From an uncultured Chloroflexia bacterium (GTDB lineage: Bacteria; Chloroflexota; Dehalococcoidia; UBA2979): 64,000 nucleotides of DNA. The stretch covers positions 830,831-894,830 of the forward strand of contig CAVSIV010000006.1 in assembly GCA_963728205.1 (NCBI GenBank), given 5' to 3'. Of the stretch, positions 14,894-23,727 are shown one piece after another. Each line of letters starts with the position of its first letter. Position 1 is the first letter of the stretch. The position numbers and the translations under genes are program-made. The notes below the pieces were generated by a model. The model had not been told where the DNA came from. It searched no databases and worked only from the letters and a program-made list of their open reading frames with translations.

Positions 14894-15010
14894 CCACAGT
14901 CGCCACCCACAGTCGCCAGCCACAGTCGGTACCCACAGTCGCCACCCACAGTCGCCACCCACAGTCGCCACCCACAGTCGCCAGCCACAGTCGCCACCCA
15001 CAGTCGCGAA
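14894..15010. repeat. 9 tandem copies of a 13-bp unit CCACAGTCGCCA(C/G) abutting a palindromic element
   Basis: CACAGT recurs every 13 nt from 14895 to 14999. The next period lands on the first bases (CCACAGCGGCGGC) of the element at 15011. A period of 13 is not compatible with coding. Confidence 0.9.
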
Positions 15011-15107
15011 CCACAGCGGCGGCAGATATGCCGCCGACAGCCCGCGGACGCCAGTCCGCGCGGCTAGCGCCGCGCATCTGTCGGCGGCATATCTGCCGCC
15101 GCTGTGG
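15011..15107. repeat. double-hairpin palindromic element, subfamily A, GATA-loop variant
   Basis: The arms read CCACAGCGGCGGCAGATATGCCGCCGACAG. Both carry the same C-to-T loop change, so the two arms remain complementary. Confidence 0.9.
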
Positions 15108-15214
15108 TTCGCGGTTGCCCCCGGCCCGCGCGGTGGTCCGCGGTGCCGGCCCGCGCGGTTGCCCCCGGGCCGCGCGGGGGTTCGCGGTTGCCCCCGGCCC
15201 GCGCGGTGGTCCGC
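15106..15214. repeat. imperfect direct repeats (about 35 bp, GTTCGCGGTTGCCCCCGGCCCGCGCGGTGGTCCGC)
   Basis: Two near-identical copies start at about 15106 and 15180, with a related fragment between them. They lie between the palindromic element and the CoA-transferase start. Confidence 0.6.
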
Positions 15215-15285
15215 AGCGCCGGCCGCGCGAACCCGCGTTACCCACCCGCGCGCTATCGTTCGCGCCGCAGCAGAGGGGGACGCGC

Positions 15286-17848
15286 GTGACGCTACGGCTG
15301 GTCGGGCAGGACGACGGCGACGCGCCGGGGGCGGGCATCTTCGACGGCGTGCGCGTCGTCGACACGACGACCGGCATCGCGGGCCCGTACGCGACGATGT
15401 TCCTCGCCGATCACGGCGCCGACGTGATCAAGGTCGAGCCGCCGGGCGGCGATCCGTTTCGCGCGAGCCTCGCGTTCCAGACGCTGAACCGCGGCAAGCG
15501 CTCCGCGGTGCTCGACCTCACGAGCGACAGCGGCCGCTCGCGCTTCGCGCTGCTCGCCGCCTCGGCGGACGTGGTCGTCGTCGACGAGCCGCAGCGCCGC
15601 GCGGCGACGCTGGGCATCGACTACGCGACGCTGGCGGCGGCGAACCGCGCGCTCGTCTACCTCGCCGTGCCGCCGTTCGGCGAGCGCGGGCCGTTCGTGG
15701 ACCGGCCGGCGTCGCCGGCACTGGTGGCCGCGGTGAGCGGGCTGCTCGCGTCGCAGATGTCGTACTCCGGCGACCCGGTGCACCTCGTGCTGCCGCTGGC
15801 GTCGTACGGCACGGGCGCGATGGGCGCGGCGGCGGTGGCGGGGGCGCTGTACGCGCGCGAACGGTGGGGGCGCGGGCAGTTCGTCGAGGTCTCGGAGCTG
15901 GCGGGCGCGCTCGCGCTGCAGGTCGGCGGCGTGCGGTCGGACCAGGTGCCGGGCGCGCCGGACCGCGCGCCGAGCCCGTTCGGCGCGAAGGGCCGGCTGC
16001 CGGCATACCGCCTCTACCAGGCCGCCGACGGGAAGTGGTTCTTCCTCGCGTGCGGCTCGGCGCAGTTCTTCCATCGCATGCTGATCGCCATCGACCACCC
16101 GGAGCTGGCGGCGGACCCGCGGCTCGAGAACGCGCCGTGGGGGCTGTTCACGCCCGAGGCGATCGAGGCCCTCGTCCCGATGCTGGAGTCGCTCTTCGCG
16201 ACGCAGCCGCGCGACCACTGGCTGCGCCTCTTCCACGACGCCGACGTCCCGGCGCAGCCGGTGCAGACGCGCGACGAGTACTTCGCGAGCGACGTGGTGG
16301 CCGCGAACGCGATGCGGCAGTCGGTGCACGACGACGCGCTGGGCGAGGTCGAGATGATGGGCGTGCCGCTGGTGACGACGGCCGCGCCCGGCGCGATCCG
16401 CGGTCCCGCGCCGAAGCTCGGCGAGCACACCGACGTGGTGCTCGCGGAGGCGGCGACGGAGCGGCGCGCCGACGCGCGGCTGCGCGCGGTGCCGTCGCGC
16501 GGCCCGCTTCCGGCCGGCCGTGATCGTGAGGCGTCCACTGCACACGGCGGGCCGGAAGCCCGCCGCGCGCCCGGGCCGGGCGAGCGGGCCGGTTCGGGCG
16601 AGCAGCCCGCGATGCTCGAAGGGCTGCGCGTCCTCGAATCTCTCCTCGTTCATCGCGGGGCCCGTCCTGCCCCGCCATCTCGCGATGCTCGGCGCCGACG
16701 TGACGAAGGTGGAGGCGCCGACGGGCGACGCGTTCCGGCAGATGGGGCTCGGATTCCTCGGGTGGAACCAGGGCAAGCGCGACATCGCGCTCGACCTGCG
16801 CCTGCCGGCGGCGCGCGAGGTCGCCTACCGCATCGTGCGCGAGGCCGACGTCGTGGTGCAGAACTTCCGGCCGGGCGTGGCCGAGCGGCTGGGGGTCGAC
16901 GTCGCGACGCTGCGGGCGATCAACCCGCGGGTCGTCTACCTCGAGTCGCCCGGCTGGGGCGACGACGAGTCGCTGCGCGCGGCGCCGGGCTTCGACCCGC
17001 TCGTGCAGGCGGTGTCGGGCGCGATGGCCGCGCAGGGCGGCGCCGCCGAGCCGGTCTTCCACACGGTCGCGCTGAACGACGTGATGACGCCGGCGATCGG
17101 CACCTTCGGCGTGCTCGCCGCGCTGTACCACCGCGAGCGCACCGGCGACGGCCAGCTGGTGAAGACCGCGCTCGCCCGCACGGGCCTCGCGATCCAGGCG
17201 GGCGAGTTCACGCGCGTGGTCCGCGCGCGGCGGCCTGCAGGCCCGCCGTGGAGCGAGTCGGCGCTGGATGCCCGCCCGCCCGCGCCCCCTCGCGCTTCGG
17301 ACCTCGGCACCGGCGAGTTCCCCGCCGGCGGGCGCGACTACCCCGGCCCGAGCGCCGGACGCCGCTGGTACCGCTGCGGCGACGACCGCGACCTCTACGT
17401 CGAGGCGGGCGCGCCCGACCAGCGCCGCGCGCTGGTCGCCACCGCCGGCGCGGCGCTCGACGCGGACGCGCTCGCGGCGCCCCTCGGCACGCACGTCTGC
17501 GAGACGGCGACGGACGCGCTGGCGTCGGCGTTCCAGACGCGGGCGCGCGACGAGTGGGTCGCGGCGCTCGACGCCGCCGGCGTGCCGTGCGCGCCGATCG
17601 TCGCGCGGTCGGAGCTGCTGGACGCCGCGCACATCCGCGCGAACGGCCTGGTGGTCGACCAGGACGACCCGCAGTGGGGGCGCACCACCAACACCGGCAT
17701 GCTGATCCGCGCCGCGGGCACGCCCGGCCGCATCGTGCTGCGCGCGCCGGCGCTCTCCGAGCACGCGACCGAGATCCTCGACGAGCTCGGCTACTCGGCG
17801 GAGGAGCAGCGCGCGCTGGTCGCAGCCGGCGCGGTCAAGCTGCCGTAG
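15286..17848 (+). pseudogene. tandem-fused family III (CaiB/BaiF) CoA-transferase, interrupted by a +1 frameshift near 16639
   Basis: Domain 1 runs from GTG 15286 (RBS GAGGGGGA) and contains FDGVRVVDTTTGIAGPYATMFLADHGADVIKVE. That frame has no stop codon and runs into MLEGLRVLE. The rest of domain 2 (SSFIAGPVLPRHLAMLGADVTKVE ... to 17848) is in the next frame, which is ORF 16520-17848. Removing one base near 16636-16645 restores RVLELSSFIAGP. Confidence 0.7.
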
Positions 17849-17858
17849 CCGCGCGTCA

Positions 17859-17982
17859 CCTCGGCGGCGGCAGACATGCCGCCGACAGCGGCGGGGCGCC
17901 AGCCGGGCGGACCTGGCTTCCGCGGACCCTGTCGCGGACGGGCGTCCGCGTCCTGTCGGCGGCATGTCTGCCGCCGCTGAGG
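17859..17982. repeat. double-hairpin palindromic element, long-spacer variant
   Basis: Arms CCTCGGCGGCGGCAGACATGCCGCCGACAG and its complement flank a 64-nt spacer. It starts 11 nt after the CoA-transferase TAG stop. Confidence 0.85.
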
Positions 17983-18078
17983 GGCAGCATCGCCGTCCGC
18001 GCGGGCGGCGCCGCGGGTGTCCGCGGCCGGCTTTGTGACCCCGGATGCACAACGCGACCCTTCGGATAGACTGCGCCG

Positions 18079-18426
18079 ATGGAAATTGTGCAGGCCAAGT
18101 ACGTGCTGCGCGCGCAGGAGATGTGGCGCGCGGTCGCCTTCTGGCGCGACGCGCTCGGCCTGCAGGTGCGCTTCGGCGACGACGAGTGGACGGAGATGCC
18201 GTTCACCGCGGGCGCGCTGCTCGTGCTCCAGGCCGGCCACGACGGCTCGCGGCGCCGCAGCGGCCTGAGTCTCGAGGTCGCGGACATCGCGGTCGCGATC
18301 GCGGCGGCGCAGAGAGCGGGCGGCCGCGTGCTGCACGCGCCGCACCGACCGGCCGGTCAGACCTTCCAGCTCGCCGAGCTCATCGACACCGAGGGCAACG
18401 TCTTCCGCCTGACCGAGGGCGCCTGA
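18079..18426 (+). CDS. VOC/glyoxalase-family protein
   Basis: 115 aa. RDALGLQVRF ... ELIDTEGNVFRL has the beta-alpha-beta-beta-beta pattern of the glyoxalase/bleomycin-resistance fold. Confidence 0.7.
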   Translation: MEIVQAKYVLRAQEMWRAVAFWRDALGLQVRFGDDEWTEMPFTAGALLVLQAGHDGSRRRSGLSLEVADIAVAIAAAQRAGGRVLHAPHRPAGQTFQLAELIDTEGNVFRLTEGA

Positions 18427-18460
18427 GGGCCGACGCCCGGCCGCGACGCCGCGCGGGCGC

Positions 18461-18805
18461 TCAGCGCGTCGCCGGCCCCGATTGCGGACGGCCTTCGTGG
18501 GCGATCTCCTGCTCGAGCAGGTGCAGTCGCAGCGCGTCCCAGAGCGCGCGCAGGCTGGCCGCGTCGTGCTCGCCGCCGGGCGCCCCGGCGGCGTCGCGCA
18601 GGGCGGCGGCGTCCTTCGCGAGCAACCCCGCCGTGGCGGACGGATGCACAATCAGCGGTCCGCGCCACACGGTGATGCGGCGGCAGGCACTGCAGATCGA
18701 CCAGCGGACGTCGGGTAAGGGACGGTCGGTGGAGAGCCACCACTGCTCGCCGTGCGTGCCGCAGCGCGGACAGGCGAACCAGTCACGCCGGGTGGTGCGC
18801 TCCAC
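18461..18805 (-). CDS. small zinc-ribbon hypothetical protein
   Basis: 114 aa with CPRCG ... CSAC cysteine pairs. Codon bias is consistent with the local GC3 level. Confidence 0.55.
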   Translation of the reverse strand: MERTTRRDWFACPRCGTHGEQWWLSTDRPLPDVRWSICSACRRITVWRGPLIVHPSATAGLLAKDAAALRDAAGAPGGEHDAASLRALWDALRLHLLEQEIAHEGRPQSGPATR

Positions 18806-18835
18806 GCGCAGCTCCTTCCCGGCCTGGAGTGTTCG

Positions 18836-18883
18836 GGGGGCGGTCCGCCTGACGGCCGGGCGGGACCCTGGCGGACCGCCCCC
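18836..18883. other. perfect 14-bp inverted repeat in a divergent intergenic region
   Basis: GGGGGCGGTCCGCC (18836-18849), a 20-nt loop, then GGCGGACCGCCCCC (18870-18883). It lies between the divergent starts at 18805 and 19121. Confidence 0.8.
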
Positions 18884-19120
18884 TATAGCGAACAGACCGA
18901 CGGCGCTCGCCGTTCTTACACTCGGTCGCGGCGAACTTTCCGAGAGCTTGAAGATTTAGCAAGGTTTTCCCCGCGGAACGTGGCTTCTCGGTCGAAATCG
19001 GGGTTCTCCCGACGTTGGGGCGGGCGGATACCCGCTATTTTTCCGGGGACGGTCGGGCGACCTTCAGGGGCTGGCTTTGGGCGCGCATGGACTCGCGTGC
19101 CCGGAACGCACCGGGACAAG

Positions 19121-21760
<2,640 letters not shown>

Positions 21761-21951
21761 TCGGACGCCCGTCCGCCCGTTCGCCCGGCCACCGTCCCCG
21801 CCCTACCGGATCCCCGGCACTCCGGAACCGCGCCTGCCACCTGTCCGTCCCGCCGCCTTGCGCCGGCTTGCGCCGCGCGGGCGCGCTCGCGCCTGACGTG
21901 CCGTAGGCTGTCGCACCGACTGCAGCAGGCATCGCGAGCGCGGAGGCACGC

Positions 21952-23115
21952 ATGGAGTTCGTCCTGTCCGAGGAGCACCAGCTCATCCAGCACACGGCCC
22001 GGCGCATCGCGCAGGACGTGATCGCACCGCGCGCGGCGGAAGTCGACGCGACCGGCGAGTACCCCGAGGACTACTTCCAGGCCTTCCGCGACGCCGGGCT
22101 CCTCGGCATCACACTCCCGAAGGAGGTCGGCGGCGCCGACGCGGGGACGCTCGCGCTCACGCTCGCGGTCGAGGAGGTCGCGAAGTACGACTGCTCGGCC
22201 GGGCTGATGCTGCTGCTGTCGTCGCTCTCCACGCACACGATCAAGTTCTTCGGCACCGACGCGCAGCGCCGCGACTACATCGGCCCGGTGGCGCGCGGCG
22301 AGAAGAAGGGCGCGTTCTGCCTCACCGAGCCGGACGCGGGCTCCGACGTGGCTGGCCTGCGCGCCCGTGCCGTGCGCGACGGAGACGACTACCTGATCAG
22401 CGGGCAGAAGTGCTTCATCTCGGGCGGGCCGCTGGCCGACCAGGTCGTCGTCTTCGCGAAGACCGACCCGAACGACCCGCGCTCGCTGAGCGCGTTCGTC
22501 GTCGACACCGACATGCCGGGCTTCGAGGTGACGTCGGTGGACCGCAAGATGGGCGTGCGCGGCGTGCCCACCGGGGTGCTGTCGTTCGACGACGTGCGCG
22601 TGCCGAAGTCGCGCCTCGTGGGCGAGCAGGAGGGCCTCGGCATGCGCGGCCCGCTGACGACGCTGAACTCGCTGCGGCCGGTGGTGGGCGCGCGCGGCGT
22701 GGGGCTGGCGGAGGGTGCGCTGACGTACGCGCTCGACTACGCGCGCGAGCGGCGGGCGTTCGGATCGCCGCTCACCGACCTGCAGGCGATCCAGATGAAG
22801 CTCGCGAACATGGCGATTGAGATCGAGGCGGCGCGGCTGCTCGTCTACCAGGGCTCGTGGCTGGTGGACCAGCCGGACTTCGGGCCGTCGAAGGCGCACT
22901 ACCTGTCGATGGCGAAGGCGTACGCGACGGAGATGGCGAACCGGGTGGCGTCGGAGGCGATCCAGGTGCTGGGCGGGCAGGGGTACATGATGGACCACCC
23001 GCTGGAGCGCCACTATCGCGACGCGCGACAGCTGATGATCGTGGAGGGGACGTCGGAGATTCAGCGCGTGATCATCGCGCGATCGCTGATCGACCGGAAC
23101 CTCGTGTATCCGTAG
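21952..23115 (+). CDS. acyl-CoA dehydrogenase
   Basis: 387 aa. LTEPDAGSDVAGL, GQKCFISGG and YMMDHPLERHYRDARQLMIVEGTSEIQR are ACAD family signatures. Confidence 0.93.
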   Translation: MEFVLSEEHQLIQHTARRIAQDVIAPRAAEVDATGEYPEDYFQAFRDAGLLGITLPKEVGGADAGTLALTLAVEEVAKYDCSAGLMLLLSSLSTHTIKFFGTDAQRRDYIGPVARGEKKGAFCLTEPDAGSDVAGLRARAVRDGDDYLISGQKCFISGGPLADQVVVFAKTDPNDPRSLSAFVVDTDMPGFEVTSVDRKMGVRGVPTGVLSFDDVRVPKSRLVGEQEGLGMRGPLTTLNSLRPVVGARGVGLAEGALTYALDYARERRAFGSPLTDLQAIQMKLANMAIEIEAARLLVYQGSWLVDQPDFGPSKAHYLSMAKAYATEMANRVASEAIQVLGGQGYMMDHPLERHYRDARQLMIVEGTSEIQRVIIARSLIDRNLVYP

Positions 23116-23147
23116 CAGCGCCGCGTTGGCGACGGCCGACTACGCGG

Positions 23148-23705
23148 TCAGGGCGCGTCGGCGGACCGGGCCGGCTCGGAGGGCCGCAGCGCTCCGCGCG
23201 TGCGTGGAGTGGTCTCGCGGTTCGGCGCCCGCCGCCGTGCTCGGCGTGCGCGAGCCGCGGTCTGGTCGACCCGCCCAAGGAACTCTCGCTCGCGGTGCTC
23301 CTCGTAGAGATTGACCGTCGTGGCCCCCCCGTCCGACGCGACATCCTCGGCGATGCGCTCGAGCTTCTGCTCCATCTGGAACTCGAACTGCTCGCGCTCC
23401 TCGGCGCTGGGAATCGCCGCCGGACCGGACTTCCGATAGGTCAGCTCGGGGTGCTCGCCGGGGAGCGCCGTGCCGGCGATCGGCGCGGACACCTCCTGCT
23501 CGAGATGCCAGTACGTCCCGCGATCGGGGATCCGCCGCGGCGAGCCCTCGCGGAAGACGAACGCCTGGAAATCGCGCGAGACGACCCGCTTCGCATCTTC
23601 GTCGCACGCCGGGCATGCGGCCGGCTCCGCTGCGCGGCGCGCGGATCGCGCGAGCGCCTCGAACACGGCGTCGCAGCCCTCGCAGTAGTACTCGTACAGC
23701 GGCAT
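23148..23705 (-). CDS. FmdB-family zinc-ribbon protein with a long C-terminal extension
   Basis: 185 aa with N-terminus MPLYEYYCEGCDAVFEAL ... CPACDE. Confidence 0.75.
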   Translation of the reverse strand: MPLYEYYCEGCDAVFEALARSARRAAEPAACPACDEDAKRVVSRDFQAFVFREGSPRRIPDRGTYWHLEQEVSAPIAGTALPGEHPELTYRKSGPAAIPSAEEREQFEFQMEQKLERIAEDVASDGGATTVNLYEEHREREFLGRVDQTAARARRARRRAPNRETTPRTRGALRPSEPARSADAP

Positions 23706-23727
23706 GGTGGGCGGCTCCTTCCGGGAC

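Larger units (their letters stand above)
14128..15107 (+). mobile_element. REPIN - RAYT-like transposase - REPIN unit
   Basis: A Y1/HUH transposase-like ORF is bracketed by two copies of the 97-bp double-hairpin element that is dispersed through the window. Confidence 0.7.

Noticed and set aside
16520-16640. Treating ORF 16520-17848 as an independent CoA-transferase gene starting at GTG 16520.
   Set aside because: That N-terminus (MIVRRPLHTAGRKPAARPG...) is Arg/Pro-rich nonsense and lacks the first beta-strand. The strand is encoded in the neighbouring frame (MLEGLRVLE), so a frameshifted fusion is the better reading.
14716-18069. Giant ORFs of 1117 aa (14716-18069), 1390 aa (37361-41533), 1087 aa (54941-58204) and 1358 aa (46598-50674).
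   Set aside because: Each concatenates intergenic repeats, real genes and out-of-frame read-through. The real genes inside were delimited using RBSs, signal peptides, domain boundaries and start/stop overlaps.
19017-19044. A short hairpin (GCGGG-CGGATA-CCCGC) followed by TATTTTT upstream of the sigma-fusion gene, as a possible attenuator.
   Set aside because: The stem is only 5 bp and there is no alternative structure or leader peptide. The T run is unusual for this genome, but the evidence is too weak to call.
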